DNA of 64,000 nucleotides from Escherichia coli (GCF_016026235.1 NZ_CP065613.1), one strand, 5' to 3'; positions 12,511 to 30,052 are shown, counted from the stretch's first letter. Notes: generated by a model from the sequence alone, not told the origin. Numbers and translations: made by a program.

Positions 12511-13086
12511 GTGGCGAAGAGCGTACCCGCAATTTTTCTTGACCGTGATGGCACCATTAATGTCGATCACGGCTATGTCCATGAGATCGACAACTTTGAA
12601 TTTATCGACGGTGTTATTGACGCCATGCGCGAGCTAAAAAAAATGGGCTTTGCGCTGGTGGTAGTAACCAACCAGTCTGGCATTGCTCGCGGTAAATTTA
12701 CCGAAGCACAGTTTGAAACGCTGACCGAGTGGATGGACTGGTCGCTGGCGGACCGAGATGTCGATCTGGATGGTATCTATTATTGCCCGCATCATCCGCA
12801 GGGTAGTGTTGAAGAGTTTCGCCAGGTCTGCGATTGCCGCAAACCACATCCGGGGATGCTTTTGTCAGCACGCGATTATTTGCATATTGATATGGCCGCT
12901 TCTTATATGGTGGGCGATAAATTAGAAGATATGCAGGCAGCGGTTGCGGCGAACGTGGGAACAAAAGTGCTGGTGCGTACGGGTAAACCTATTACACCTG
13001 AAGCAGAAAACGCGGCAGATTGGGTGTTAAATAGCCTGGCAGACCTGCCGCAAGCGATAAAAAAGCAGCAAAAACCGGCGCAATGA
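12511..13086 (+). CDS. gmhB: D,D-heptose 1,7-bisphosphate phosphatase
   Basis: 191 aa HAD-family protein with DRDGT motif (FLDRDGTIN). Confidence 0.85.
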
Positions 13087-13126
13087 TTAAAAGATGAGCG
13101 GTTGAAATAAAAATGCATTTTTCCGC

Positions 13127-13154
13127 TTGTCTTCCTGAGCCGACTCCCTATAAT
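13127..13154 (+). promoter_or_regulatory. rrn P1 promoter (-35 TTGTCT, -10 TATAAT, 16-bp spacer)
   Basis: Hexamers read directly at 13127..13132 and 13149..13154 upstream of the 16S gene. Confidence 0.65.
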
Positions 13155-13237
13155 GCGCCTCCATCGACACGGCGGATGTGAATCACTTCACACAAACAGC
13201 CGGTTCGGTTGAAGAGAAAAAATCCTGAAATTCAGGG

Positions 13238-13265
13238 TTGACTCTGAAAGAGGAAAGCGTAATAT
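13238..13265 (+). promoter_or_regulatory. rrn P2 promoter (-35 TTGACT, -10 TAATAT, 16-bp spacer)
   Basis: Hexamers at 13238..13243 and 13260..13265. Confidence 0.6.
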
Positions 13266-13449
13266 ACGCCACCTCGCGACAGTGAGCTGAAAGCCGCGTC
13301 GCAACTGCTCTTTAACAATTTATCAGACAATCTGTGTGGGCACTCGAAGATACGGATTCTTAACGTCGCAAGACGAAAAATGAATACCAAGTCTCAAGAG
13401 TGAACACGTAATTCATTACGAAGTTTAATTCTTTGAGCATCAAACTTTT

Positions 13450-14989
<1,540 letters not shown>

Positions 14990-15057
14990 CCTTAAAGAAG
15001 CGTTCTTTGTAGTGCTCACACAGATTGTCTGATGAAAATGAGCAGTAAAACCTCTAC

Positions 15058-15134
<77 letters not shown>

Positions 15135-15176
15135 AATTTGCACGGCAAATTTGAAGAGGTTTTAACTACATGTTAT

Positions 15177-15252
15177 GGGGCTATAGCTCAGCTGGGAGAG
15201 CGCCTGCTTTGCACGCAGGAGGTCTGCGGTTCGATCCCGCATAGCTCCACCA
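15177..15252 (+). tRNA. alaV: tRNA-Ala (TGC)
   Basis: GGGGCTATAGCTCAGCTGGGAGAGCGCCTGCTTTGCACGCAGGAGG...CTCCACCA. Confidence 0.95.
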
Positions 15253-15435
15253 TCTCTGTAGTGATTAAATAAAAAATACTTCAGAGTGTACCTGCAAAGG
15301 TTCACTGCGAAGTTTTGCTCTTTAAAAATCTGGATCAAGCTGAAAATTGAAACACTGAACAACGAAAGTTGTTCGTGAGTCTCTCAAATTTTCGCAACAC
15401 GATGATGAATCGAAAGAAACATCTTCGGGTTGTGA

Positions 15436-18336
<2,901 letters not shown>

Positions 18337-18429
18337 ACAACGCCGAAGCTGTTTTGGCGGATGAGAGAAAGATTTTCAGCCTGATACAGATTAAATCAGA
18401 ACGCAGAAGCGGTCTGATAAAACAGAATT

Positions 18430-18549
18430 TGCCTGGCGGCCGTAGCGCGGTGGTCCCACCTGACCCCATGCCGAACTCAGAAGTGAAACGCCGTAGCGCC
18501 GATGGTAGTGTGGGGTCTCCCCATGCGAGAGTAGGGAACTGCCAGGCAT
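18430..18549 (+). rRNA. rrfH: 5S ribosomal RNA
   Basis: TGCCTGGCGGCCGTAGCGCGGTGGTCCCACC...GGGAACTGCCAGGCAT. Confidence 0.97.
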
Positions 18550-18601
18550 CAAATTAAGCAGTAAGCCGGTCATAAAACCGGTGGTTGTAAAAGAATTCGG
18601 T

Positions 18602-18678
18602 GGAGCGGTAGTTCAGTCGGTTAGAATACCTGCCTGTCACGCAGGGGGTCGCGGGTTCGAGTCCCGTCCGTTCCGCCA
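18602..18678 (+). tRNA. aspU: tRNA-Asp (GTC)
   Basis: GGAGCGGTAGTTCAGTCGGTTAGAATACCTGCCTGTCACGCAGGGGGTCGCGGGTTCGAGTCCCGTCCGTTCCGCCA. Confidence 0.95.
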
Positions 18679-18690
18679 CTTATTAAGAAG

Positions 18691-18718
18691 CCTCGAGTTA
18701 TCGCTCGAGGTTTTTTTT
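18691..18718 (+). terminator. rho-independent terminator of the rrn operon
   Basis: Hairpin CCTCGAG-TTATCG-CTCGAGG followed by T8. Confidence 0.8.
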
Positions 18719-18840
18719 CGTCTACATTTCTATTATTGCTAAAATCGCAAAAATCCTCTGCGTTTTACGCTCTTTTTCCGCAACAGTCTGAAGCCCATAA
18801 TCACCTCAGTTAACGAAAATAGCATTAAAAGAGGCATATT

Positions 18841-19644
18841 ATGGCTATCCCTGCATTTGGTTTAGGTACTTTCCGTCTGAAAGACGACGTTGTTATTTCA
18901 TCTGTGAAAACGGCGCTTGAACTTGGTTATCGCGCAATTGATACCGCACAAATCTATGATAACGAAGCTGCCGTAGGTCAGGCGATTGCAGAAAGTGGCG
19001 TGTCACGTCATGAACTCTATATCACCACTAAAATCTGGATTGAAAATCTCAGCAAAGACAAATTGATCCCGAGTCTGAAAGAGAGCCTGCAAAAATTGCG
19101 TACTGATTATGTTGATCTGACGCTAATCCACTGGCCGTCACCAAACGATGAAGTCTCTGTTGAAGAGTTTATGCAGGCGCTGCTGGAAGCCAAAAAAGAA
19201 GGGTTGACGCGTGAGATCGGTATTTCCAACTTCACGATCCCATTGATGGAAAAGGCGATTGCTGCTGTTGGCGCTGAAAACATCGCTACTAACCAGATTG
19301 AACTCTCTCCTTATCTGCAAAACCGTAAAGTGGTTGCCTGGGCTAAACAGCACGGCATCCATATTACTTCCTATATGACGCTGGCGTATGGTAAGGCCCT
19401 GAAAGATGAGGTTATTGCTCGTATCGCAGCTAAACACAATGCGACTCCGGCACAAGTGATTCTGGCGTGGGCTATGGGGGAAGGTTACTCAGTAATTCCT
19501 TCTTCTACTAAACGTAAAAACCTGGAAAGTAATCTTAAGGCACAAAATTTACAGCTTGATGCCGAAGATAAAAAAGCGATCGCCGCACTGGATTGCAACG
19601 ACCGCCTGGTTAGCCCGGAAGGTCTGGCTCCTGAATGGGATTAA
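18841..19644 (+). CDS. dkgB: 2,5-diketo-D-gluconate reductase B (aldo-keto reductase)
   Basis: 267 aa AKR-family protein; synteny after rrnH. Confidence 0.85.
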   Translation: MAIPAFGLGTFRLKDDVVISSVKTALELGYRAIDTAQIYDNEAAVGQAIAESGVSRHELYITTKIWIENLSKDKLIPSLKESLQKLRTDYVDLTLIHWPSPNDEVSVEEFMQALLEAKKEGLTREIGISNFTIPLMEKAIAAVGAENIATNQIELSPYLQNRKVVAWAKQHGIHITSYMTLAYGKALKDEVIARIAAKHNATPAQVILAWAMGEGYSVIPSSTKRKNLESNLKAQNLQLDAEDKKAIAALDCNDRLVSPEGLAPEWD

Positions 19645-20555
19645 GCCTCTCTGACAGCTCCTCCGGGAGCTGTTTTTACATGCTCGCTAAGGAAATCGAT
19701 AAAAGCCCGGATGCGCGTACTTACCGCACGGTCGCTGTAATAGACTGCACTGAATGGCATTTCCACTGGCAACACTTTATCTGCCATTAACTCCACCAAT
19801 TCTCCGCGAGCGATTTCTCTGTCGATCATATAGTCGGACAAACACGCAATCCCGTTGCCACTCAGGCAAAGCTGTTTCAGTGTTTCCCCACTATTGGATG
19901 ACAAACCGTACTTCACCTCATGTAATTGTCCATCGCTACAGGCTATCGGCCAGGTATTGAGGGAAGCGGGTTCAGTGAATCCCAGGCAAACATGTTGCTT
20001 TAAATCGTCGATCGTTTCTGGCTTCCCGTAGCGGGAAATATAATTGGGGGAGGCGATAATTTTTCGATAACTGTTAAATAACGGCCTGGCACGTAAGCTG
20101 GAATCCGTTAACGTACCAGCGCGTATCGCGACATCCACTTTTCTTTCGATCAAATTAATAATCGTTTCGGAGGAGACTAGCGACAAAGTGACTTCCGGAT
20201 AGCGTTCACGGAAAGGCTTAATTAACGGCATCAGAAAGTGCAGCACCACTGGAGTTGCGGCATCGATCCGTAACAGTCCACGCGGTGTATTACGCGTCTC
20301 CATAATTTCTGATTCTGCCGCTGCCATCTCCTGCAAAATTGACTGTACGCGACGAAAATAACGCTCGCCTTCTTCCGTCAGGCTAAGTTGTCGCGTGGTC
20401 CGATTAAGCAGGCTAACGCCAAGTTTCATCTCCAGCTTTTTCACCGCCCGGCTTACCGCAGAGTTTGCTTGCCCTAATTGTTCCGCTGCCCGGCTAAAGC
20501 TGCCGCTTTCTACGACCGAAACAAAAATGGCGAGTTCTTCCGACGTGGCTTTCAT
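19641..20555 (-). CDS. yafC: LysR-family transcriptional regulator
   Basis: 304 aa with N-terminal HTH and LysR substrate-binding domain; divergent to yafD. Confidence 0.8.
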   Translation of the reverse strand: MKATSEELAIFVSVVESGSFSRAAEQLGQANSAVSRAVKKLEMKLGVSLLNRTTRQLSLTEEGERYFRRVQSILQEMAAAESEIMETRNTPRGLLRIDAATPVVLHFLMPLIKPFRERYPEVTLSLVSSETIINLIERKVDVAIRAGTLTDSSLRARPLFNSYRKIIASPNYISRYGKPETIDDLKQHVCLGFTEPASLNTWPIACSDGQLHEVKYGLSSNSGETLKQLCLSGNGIACLSDYMIDREIARGELVELMADKVLPVEMPFSAVYYSDRAVSTRIRAFIDFLSEHVKTAPGGAVREA

Positions 20556-20744
20556 TTTTGCTCCTGTTGCAAAATAGAAGAGATATTTTGAATTTATTTG
20601 TCATTAAACCATCAGGATGCGTGATATGTCATCCGATTTAATGTTCTCAATAATGAGCAAAATTCTGACCGGTGTAAGCACTTGCTTACATAACAATATA
20701 CAATTGCTCGTTGAAAGAGTGAGCTAAAATCCCTATAACAGTAG

Positions 20745-21596
<852 letters not shown>

Positions 21597-21673
21597 GGTA
21601 TGTCAGGTCTGCCACAGGGCAGACCAACGTATGGCGCTGCCCTTTTATACTCAAACAACAAAAGGACAGCGTA

Positions 21674-22444
21674 ATGACAACACAATCCCACCATGACCAC
21701 GTAGAAAAGCAGTTTAGCTCTCAAGCCAGCGAATATCTGACCAGTACCGTACATGCATCCGGACGAGATTTACAGCGCCTGGCGGTGCGTCTGGCTGATT
21801 ATCCTGATGCAAGTGTACTTGATATGGGCTGCGGAGCAGGGCATGCCAGCTTTGTCGCTGCGCAAAACGTGAGCACGGTGGTGGCGTATGACTTATCTGC
21901 CCATATGCTGGATGTCGTGGCACAAGCTGCCGAAGCCCGGCAACTGAAAAATATCACCACCCGCCAGGGATATGCCGAAAGTCTGCCATTTGCCGATAAC
22001 GCATTTGATATTGTTATCAGCCGTTATTCTGCCCATCACTGGCATGATGTTGGTGCAGCACTGCGTGAAGTGAACCGGATATTGAAACCTGGCGGTAGGC
22101 TGATTGTGATGGACGTAATGTCTCCGGGCCACCCAGTGCGCGACATCTGGTTACAGACGGTAGAAGCATTACGCGATACCTCTCACGTACGAAACTACGC
22201 CAGCGGTGAGTGGTTGAGGTTAATCAATGAAGCCAATCTGATAGTTGATAATTTAATTACAGATAAGTTACCGCTGGAATTTTCTTCATGGGTCGCGAGA
22301 ATGCGTACGCCAGAAGCGTTAGTAGACGCTATTCGCATTTACCAACAGAGCGCATCGACAGAGGTGAGAACGTATTTTGCCTTGCAGAATGATGGCTCTT
22401 TCACCAGTGATATCATCATGGTAGATGCACATAAAGCGGCATAA
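21674..22444 (+). CDS. yafE: SAM-dependent methyltransferase
   Basis: 256 aa with SAM-binding motif LDMGCGAGH. Confidence 0.8.
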   Translation: MTTQSHHDHVEKQFSSQASEYLTSTVHASGRDLQRLAVRLADYPDASVLDMGCGAGHASFVAAQNVSTVVAYDLSAHMLDVVAQAAEARQLKNITTRQGYAESLPFADNAFDIVISRYSAHHWHDVGAALREVNRILKPGGRLIVMDVMSPGHPVRDIWLQTVEALRDTSHVRNYASGEWLRLINEANLIVDNLITDKLPLEFSSWVARMRTPEALVDAIRIYQQSASTEVRTYFALQNDGSFTSDIIMVDAHKAA

Positions 22445-22445
22445 A

Positions 22446-22480
22446 TAAAAAAGGCACCGGGGGAATCGGTGCCTTTTTAT
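22446..22480. terminator. bidirectional rho-independent terminator between yafE and mltD
   Basis: AAAAAGGCACCG-GGGGAAT-CGGTGCCTTTTT hairpin flanked by A and T runs. Confidence 0.7.
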
Positions 22481-22491
22481 TATCTGGTTTG

Positions 22492-23850
22492 TCAGGAATC
22501 TGGCATGTTGTTGTTTTTCACAAACAACGTCAGCTTATCGCCTGGTTGCAGATTCGCAGTGTCGCTGTTCCAGCGCATCACATCTTTGATGTTCACGCCG
22601 TGGCGTTTAGCAATGCTTGAAAGCGAATCGCCTTTGCGCACACGATACGTAATGCTATCGCTGTTGTTTGCCAGTCGCTGTGCGCTACTGCCTGCACCAA
22701 TCGTCAAACTTTGGCCTGGCTTCAGCTTAGATCCGCGCAGTTTGTTCCACTGCTGCAAATCTTTGGTGCTTACGCCGAGACGTGAAGCGATACTTGAAAG
22801 CGTGTCGCCAGAGCGTACGGTGTAAACACGGCTGTTAAGCGGCGTATTGTCGGCAACCAGCGTCGACTGTACAGCAGCAATTTCGCCTGAAGCCAGAGAT
22901 TCACGCAGTTGATCTGCATGCTTCTTTGGCACCATCACGTATTGCGGACCACTTGCGCCCAGCGTGGAGCCTTTCACGCCAGCGTTGAATGTCTTCAGCT
23001 TGCTGACGGAAATCCCCGCCATATCTGCAACCTTCGCCATTTCAACCGGGCTGCTCAGGTGCACACGCGCCAGAGCACGGCTTTCATCGGTCGTTGGCAG
23101 ACGTACGCCATAACGCTTGCTGTTTTTGAGAATATCACTCAATGCCAGCATTTTAGGCACGTACTGCTTCGTTTCCTGCGGCAACGGTAACGACCAGAAG
23201 TCCGTGGATTTCCCACGCGCTTTGTTCGTTTTAATTGCCTTCATGACCCGACCTTCGCCGCTGTTATAAGCCGCTACGGTCAGAAGCCAGTCGCCGTCAA
23301 ACATTTTGTTCAGACGCTGCATCATGTTCAGCGCGGCAGTTGTTGAAGCAACAACATCGCGACGCGCGTCATAATTGCGGGTCTGTTTCAAACCATAATT
23401 GCGCCCCGTGCTCGGAATGATCTGCCAGATGCCTGCGGCATTGGCGCCAGACGTTGCGTGAGGATCAAAAGCGCTCTCCACTATGGGTAGTAGTACCAGT
23501 TCCATAGGCATGTTACGTTTTTTAACTTGCCCGGCTATCCAGTACATATACGGCTCTGCCCGTAAAGTTACATCGTGGAGATAGCTCTTATTGCGTAAAT
23601 ATTTCTGTTTCTGTTCGCGAATCCGGTCATTTTCCGGAATTCCCATCTTTAGCTCGTCGCCAATGAAAGCCCACAAGTCACCATCTGGCGCGATAGACGT
23701 CCCATCGTCCATCCATCGTGCCTGACTTGTAAACTTTGCTGCTTCCCCTTGACCAGCTGCAGAAAGGCTCTGTGCGTGCTGTTGAACGTTGCCGGTACTC
23801 TGGCAACCCACGAGCAGGACAGAGGCGAGTAATATCGCTTTTGCCTTCAT
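22492..23850 (-). CDS. mltD: membrane-bound lytic murein transglycosylase D (LysM repeats)
   Basis: 452 aa, lipoprotein signal LVGC, two C-terminal LysM-like repeats (YTVRSGDTLSSIA / YRVRKGDSLSSIA). Confidence 0.85.
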   Translation of the reverse strand: MKAKAILLASVLLVGCQSTGNVQQHAQSLSAAGQGEAAKFTSQARWMDDGTSIAPDGDLWAFIGDELKMGIPENDRIREQKQKYLRNKSYLHDVTLRAEPYMYWIAGQVKKRNMPMELVLLPIVESAFDPHATSGANAAGIWQIIPSTGRNYGLKQTRNYDARRDVVASTTAALNMMQRLNKMFDGDWLLTVAAYNSGEGRVMKAIKTNKARGKSTDFWSLPLPQETKQYVPKMLALSDILKNSKRYGVRLPTTDESRALARVHLSSPVEMAKVADMAGISVSKLKTFNAGVKGSTLGASGPQYVMVPKKHADQLRESLASGEIAAVQSTLVADNTPLNSRVYTVRSGDTLSSIASRLGVSTKDLQQWNKLRGSKLKPGQSLTIGAGSSAQRLANNSDSITYRVRKGDSLSSIAKRHGVNIKDVMRWNSDTANLQPGDKLTLFVKNNNMPDS

Positions 23851-23921
23851 GTGTGTGTCAATAGTTGCTTAAAAGACGACCGATCATAACGGCGAACGGA
23901 GCCGATGACAAGAAAGTTTTA

Positions 23922-24680
<759 letters not shown>

Positions 24681-24692
24681 TTACCTCTCAGT

Positions 24693-25433
24693 GTGAAACG
24701 GAAGGTTGTGATGAAACCGGCAAGAGTCCCTCAAACTGTCGTGGCTCCTGATTGCTGGGGCGATTTGCCCTGGGGAGAGCTTTATCGCAAGGCGCTGGAG
24801 CGCCAGCTCAACCCGTGGTTCACTAAAATGTATGGTTTTCATCTGCTTAAGATTGGCAATTTAAGCGCAGAAATCAATTGCGAAGCGTGCGCGGTTTCTC
24901 ATCAAGTGAATGTTTCTGCGCAAGGAATGCCCGTCCAGGTGCAGGCGGATCCACTTCATCTTCCTTTTGCCGATAAATCCGTTGATGTTTGTCTACTGGC
25001 ACATACATTGCCGTGGTGCACCGATCCGCATCGTTTATTGCGTGAAGCCGATCGGGTATTGATTGATGATGGCTGGCTGGTGATTAGTGGCTTCAATCCC
25101 ATTAGTTTAATGGGATTACGCAAACTTGTGCCGGTATTGCGAAAAACCTCGCCCTATAACAGCCGGATGTTTACTCTGATGCGGCAACTGGACTGGCTCT
25201 CTTTGTTGAATTTTGAAGTGCTACACGCCAGCCGTTTCCACGTTCTCCCGTGGAATAAACATGGTGGAAAACTATTGAGCGCGCATATTCCTGCGCTTGG
25301 TTGCTTACAACTTATCGTTGCCCGGAAACGGACTATTCCTTTAACGCTCAACCCGATGAAACAGAGCAAAAACAAACCGCGAATTCGCCAGGCGGTCGGC
25401 GCCACCCGGCAATTTCGTAAACCACAGGCTTAA
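24693..25433 (+). CDS. yafS: SAM-dependent methyltransferase YafS (start may be at 24711)
   Basis: 246 aa ORF; synteny between gloB and rnhA. Confidence 0.7.
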
Positions 25434-25897
25434 ACTTCGACTTGGTAGCCCGTATCTTCCAGTGTGGGATTCATTGCCGCGGCACGAGCCAGTTCATCGC
25501 AACGTTCGTTTTCTGGATGACCGGCATGGCCTTTTACCCATTCCCATTTGATTTGATGCTGCCCCAGCGCAGCATCAAGACGTTGCCAGAGATCGACATT
25601 TTTTACTGGTTTTTTGTCTGCGGTTTTCCAGCCACGTTTTTTCCAGTTATGGATCCACTGGGTGATACCCTGGCGGACATACTGGCTGTCGGTACTCAAA
25701 ATGACTTCGCAATGTTCTTTTAACGCCTCCAGCGCGACAATAGCGGCCATCAACTCCATGCGGTTGTTGGTGGTGCGGGTGTAGCCAGCGCTAAAAGTTT
25801 TCTCGCGTCCGCGATAGCGTAAAATAGCGCCATAACCCCCAGGTCCGGGATTGCCCAGACACGAACCATCGGTGAAAATTTCTACCTGTTTAAGCAT
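25430..25897 (-). CDS. rnhA: ribonuclease HI
   Basis: ORF 25430..26008; canonical 155 aa product starts [23 protein letters not shown]. Confidence 0.9.
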
Positions 25898-25961
25898 CTC
25901 TGGTAGACTTCCTGTAATTGAATCGAACTGTAAAACGACAAGTCTGACATAAATGACCGCT

Positions 25962-26693
25962 ATGAGCACTGCAATTACACGCCAGATCGTTCTCGATACC
26001 GAAACCACCGGTATGAACCAGATTGGTGCGCACTATGAAGGCCACAAGATCATTGAGATTGGTGCCGTTGAAGTGGTGAACCGTCGCCTGACGGGCAATA
26101 ACTTCCATGTTTATCTCAAACCCGATCGGCTGGTGGATCCGGAAGCCTTTGGCGTACATGGTATTGCCGATGAATTTTTGCTCGATAAGCCCACGTTTGC
26201 CGAAGTAGCCGATGAGTTCATGGACTATATCCGCGGCGCGGAGTTGGTGATCCATAACGCAGCGTTCGATATCGGCTTTATGGACTACGAGTTCTCGTTG
26301 CTTAAGCGCGATATTCCGAAGACCAATACCTTCTGTAAGGTCACCGATAGCCTTGCGGTGGCGAGGAAAATGTTTCCTGGTAAGCGCAACAGCCTCGATG
26401 CGTTATGTGCCCGCTACGAAATAGATAACAGTAAACGAACGCTACACGGGGCATTACTCGATGCCCAGATCCTTGCGGAAGTTTATCTGGCGATGACCGG
26501 TGGTCAAACGTCGATGGCTTTTGCGATGGAAGGAGAGACACAACAGCAACAAGGTGAAGCAACAATTCAGCGCATTGTACGTCAGGCAAGTAAGTTACGC
26601 GTTGTTTTTGCGACAGATGAAGAGCTTGCAGCACATGAAGCCCGTCTTGATCTGGTGCAGAAGAAAGGCGGAAGCTGCCTCTGGCGAGCATAA
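25962..26693 (+). CDS. dnaQ: DNA polymerase III epsilon subunit (3'-5' proofreading exonuclease)
   Basis: Starts [19 protein letters not shown]; DEDDh exonuclease motifs; divergent from rnhA. Confidence 0.9.
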
Positions 26694-26825
26694 ATACCTG
26701 TGAAAGGCGCTAAAAATAGCGACTTGGGCGATTTTTGCAGCAAACGATTCAAAAGATGAGAAAAACCATTGACGACGGGTGAGGCAATCCGTAATATTCG
26801 CCTCGTTCCCAACGGAACACAACGC

Positions 26826-26902
26826 GGAGCGGTAGTTCAGTCGGTTAGAATACCTGCCTGTCACGCAGGGGGTCGCGGGTTCGAGTCCCGTCCGTTCCGC
26901 CA
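26826..26902 (+). tRNA. aspV: tRNA-Asp (GTC); integration hotspot flanking the T6SS island
   Basis: Identical to the aspU sequence at 18602..18678. Confidence 0.95.
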
Positions 26903-26932
26903 AATTCACCTCATGAAAATGAGGTTCAGAGA

Positions 26933-26966
26933 ACCGCAAGATTTTTAATTTTGCGGTTTTTTGCAT
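26933..26966 (+). terminator. rho-independent terminator after aspV
   Basis: ACCGCAAGATTTTTAATTTTGCGGT hairpin followed by T6. Confidence 0.6.
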
Positions 26967-27232
26967 TTAAATCCCGCTATTTCTTCGGTCTATGATTTTG
27001 TTATGCTGTAAATGTGTTAATCACATATGGTAGACCATATCATTAATATTTAATCATACTATCGAATCATTCAATTTAAATATATTTGCATGTTATGATT
27101 TTCATTTTTCTATTGATTTAATGAATTTATATTTGCTGTTATTTTTGTTTGTTCTGATTCAAGTGGAGTATATAATTAAAAATCGTTAGCTAAACATTAC
27201 CATGATTATGACAGGCGAGGGAGTGTCCGATT

Positions 27233-27845
27233 ATGAATTTAAGAAGGGTTTGTTGTATATGTGTATTATTCTCGCTGCTTGCAGGATGTGCCTCTTAATT
27301 CTCCCGTTATACTTGTTCAGTCTGGCAGTCGCGCACCGGAAACCATTATGCAGGAGGAGATGAGAAAATATTATACAGTTGCCACATTTTCTGGCATTCC
27401 TGACAGGCAAAAACCTGTAACTTGTAATAAAGACAAAAACAAAGATGAAAGTCTGGATGTTGTAGATGCCGAAAATATGAACTGGATGCAGGCATTACGT
27501 TTTGTTGCGGCAAAAGGCCATCAGAAAGCGATTATTGTTTTCCAGGATACGTTGCAGACAGGAAAATATGACTCTGGATTGAAATCAATAGTTTGGTCAG
27601 ATTATAAAAATCAAAAATTGACTGACACGATGTCACTGCGTTATTTGGTTCGATTCACGCTGGTGGATGTGGCTACAGGTGAGTGGGCTACCTGGTCGCC
27701 TGTGAATTATGAATCGAAAGTGATTTTTCCGCAGATAGGGAATAAAAATTCTGACAGCCTTGATGTGGCAGAACAGCAGATTTCACAACTTAAGCAGAAA
27801 ACGTACGCAGCAGTGGTTAAAGATCTGGTGAATCGCTATCAGTAG
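27233..27845 (+). pseudogene. yafT: lipoprotein YafT, apparently frameshifted just after the signal peptide
   Basis: ATG 27233 encodes [21 protein letters not shown] then TAA (27296..27298); main body (ORF 27261..27845, ...[14 protein letters not shown]...) is in another frame; a 1-nt indel near CCTCTTAATTCTCCC would fuse them. Confidence 0.5.
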
Positions 27846-28186
27846 TAAGGTTTTATACCAGACGTTTTAATGGTACTTAGCAAGAAAGAGCATTTTCTTT
27901 TCTATTTATACTCTGGTTCAAGTCTGCTAATTAATTTTACATATATATTTTTTTAGAAGTAGTAAAAAACTTTACTAAAGTTATTTATTGTTCTCTCAAC
28001 ATATAAGCTGTAGTTCGAGTTTTCGGTTGAACTGTCAAAAATACATCATACACATCTATAAAACAGCAGGTACGGTTAATTAAGAATTTTTATTCGTGAT
28101 TAACCGTACTTTATCATTTTATTTTATAATGTTAAATTGCCTTTTTAAAATATAACAATAATGCAGATGAAAAACTCCCAGGTAAC

Positions 28187-28666
28187 TTAGAAAATCCGTT
28201 CACTCCAAAGGCTGTACGCACTGGTTCCGGCGACGCTGTGCTCCCAGTTAATGCTCTCATAGGTAAATGACACAGACTCTTCCGGCTGTCCTGGGCTGTC
28301 GTTAATGGTATGGGGAACGGTAAGGCCGATGTTTGAGATCCGGGCGTTAGTCAGTTTCACCTTGTAGTACGGTTCATTAACACCAAAGCGGTTGGTGCGA
28401 TAGAATACAAAATCACAGGTCAGACATTCATTCTCCGAAATGGCCTTGCCCAGCAGGGGGGAAGATTTGTCCACCGGTTTCGTGATGGTCAGCTCCTGGT
28501 GGTTGACATTCTGCGCCCGGCTCAGACCATGGGACAGTGACGTCACCATGATCTGATCCTGATGTGCAATCTGGGCTTTGTTACCGATGGACGGCATTGA
28601 CGAGCATCCGGATGAAATCAGCCCCTGAAGTTCTCCGTTCAGTGTCAGATAGACGGGATTTGCCAT
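28187..28666 (-). CDS. hcp: T6SS Hcp (TssD), copy 1
   Basis: 159 aa from internal ATG (MANPVYLTLNGELQGL...) with AAGGAG-like RBS; ORF-track 5' extension overlaps the upstream gene and is rejected. Confidence 0.8.
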   Translation of the reverse strand: MANPVYLTLNGELQGLISSGCSSMPSIGNKAQIAHQDQIMVTSLSHGLSRAQNVNHQELTITKPVDKSSPLLGKAISENECLTCDFVFYRTNRFGVNEPYYKVKLTNARISNIGLTVPHTINDSPGQPEESVSFTYESINWEHSVAGTSAYSLWSERIF

Positions 28667-28683
28667 TGTTATTCTCCTTAAAC

Positions 28684-30042
28684 TCAATGGGTCGGAGGGA
28701 CTGGCACGGTGCTGTTGTCCGTTGCCATATCCTGTCCGGTATTTTTCAGCAACAGCCAGCGGCTTAACAGCCCATCCAGCCGTTGGTTGATCTCTTTTGC
28801 TAGCGCCTGTGTGTCCTGATTCTGCGTGCGGGTCTCCTGGTACTGCGTCAGCAGGTACTCCAGTGGAGTTTCCTGATTCAGTAACCGTTCGGCCTGCCAG
28901 GTCACCGTTTTGATATACGAGAGGGTGAAACCCTGTTTCTCCGTCTCCTTTTTCATCATCAGATCCGCAAAATCCCGCAAATTCTGCCGCGCCTGTTGCC
29001 AGCCCTTCATCTGCGGACTGGCTTGCGCCCGGTTTCTCAGCGTGGTGCTCCACATCCGGCTGGCTTCCTGCTGTTGCAGGCTTTCCGGCCAGAGGGTGTC
29101 TGCGGTGCGCATCATCTGCATTCCGGTTTCCAGCGGCTGTAGCGGTGGGGTATCCAGAAGCTGTTGCAGGTACTGTTCATATTCTTTCAGTACCGGTGAT
29201 GCCAGCCAGACGGTGGCGGCTCCCTGTGCGGTATCCCTGACCTGCGTAAGCTGCCGCTGCATCGGGTACGCCTGCCACCACCAGAGTGCAGCGGCGATAA
29301 CGGCAGTACAGGCGGCACCGGCAACAAAACCTTTTACAGTGCTGCCCTGTCTAACGTTGTCGGCGTTATTTGCCACACCGCGCACCTCCACCCGCATTTC
29401 CGGCAGGTCGGGCAGGGGAGGCACGGCTTCCGCTGTGGTGGAAGCCGTGCTTTCCGGCGCATAGACCAGCGTCCGGACCGTGGTCTGTGCCGCCGTATCA
29501 GTACGGTTTCCGGGCTGCGGTTCAAACCGCTTGCGTGTGTTCTGCACAAAATAAAGCAGGTTTTCCACGCGCGGCTGGCGCTTCAGTTCCACCTGCTGGA
29601 GTTTGTCACAGATAAGCTGTAAAGCCCGTTCCGTGCGGTAGAGCAACGGCAGATCATTTTCGGAAAAGGACACCTGCTGGCGCAGGATATTCCCGGTGCG
29701 GGTATTGAACCAGTCCAGCATCTCAGTCCGCGCCGGGCCACCCTGCGGCCAGAATTTATCCCATTCGTGGTTGATCATCGCTGCCAGCAGTTCCGCGCCT
29801 TCGCAGAACCCTGCCAGTCCCTGATTACGGGTACGCGCCAGTGTATAGTAGGTGGCGGTATGCAAATCCACCCCGTTGGCCTTAAAAATCGACAGCGCCA
29901 GCGATTCCACCAGTTTCCAGTTCAGCTCCGGCTGTGACGGGTGATTAGCCTTGTTAATTTCTTCGCGGATGGCGCTGAACTCCGGCAGGGCGCGCGGATC
30001 GCTGCCGGTAACGATAGTTTGAGTCAGTGCGTTGTTGTTCAT
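28684..30042 (-). CDS. T6SS VasL-like protein (ImpA_N-type N-terminal domain, one predicted TM helix)
   Basis: Probable start MNNNALTQ (ATG 30042); hydrophobic segment GFVAGAACTAVIAAALWWW; position downstream of tssM as in the V. cholerae vas cluster. Confidence 0.6.
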   Translation of the reverse strand: MNNNALTQTIVTGSDPRALPEFSAIREEINKANHPSQPELNWKLVESLALSIFKANGVDLHTATYYTLARTRNQGLAGFCEGAELLAAMINHEWDKFWPQGGPARTEMLDWFNTRTGNILRQQVSFSENDLPLLYRTERALQLICDKLQQVELKRQPRVENLLYFVQNTRKRFEPQPGNRTDTAAQTTVRTLVYAPESTASTTAEAVPPLPDLPEMRVEVRGVANNADNVRQGSTVKGFVAGAACTAVIAAALWWWQAYPMQRQLTQVRDTAQGAATVWLASPVLKEYEQYLQQLLDTPPLQPLETGMQMMRTADTLWPESLQQQEASRMWSTTLRNRAQASPQMKGWQQARQNLRDFADLMMKKETEKQGFTLSYIKTVTWQAERLLNQETPLEYLLTQYQETRTQNQDTQALAKEINQRLDGLLSRWLLLKNTGQDMATDNSTVPVPPTH

Positions 30043-30052
30043 CACTATCCCC

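Noticed and set aside
26940-27230. AT-rich stretch downstream of aspV as a possible integrase or att remnant
   Set aside because: No integrase ORF and no direct repeat of the tRNA 3' end found by eye at the far end of the island; the island boundary is reported as a finding without claiming an att site.
28667-29053. ORF-track 5' extension of hcp (288 aa)
   Set aside because: Only the C-terminal 159 aa look like Hcp; the extension overlaps the vasL-like gene in another frame and the internal ATG at 28666 has a good RBS.
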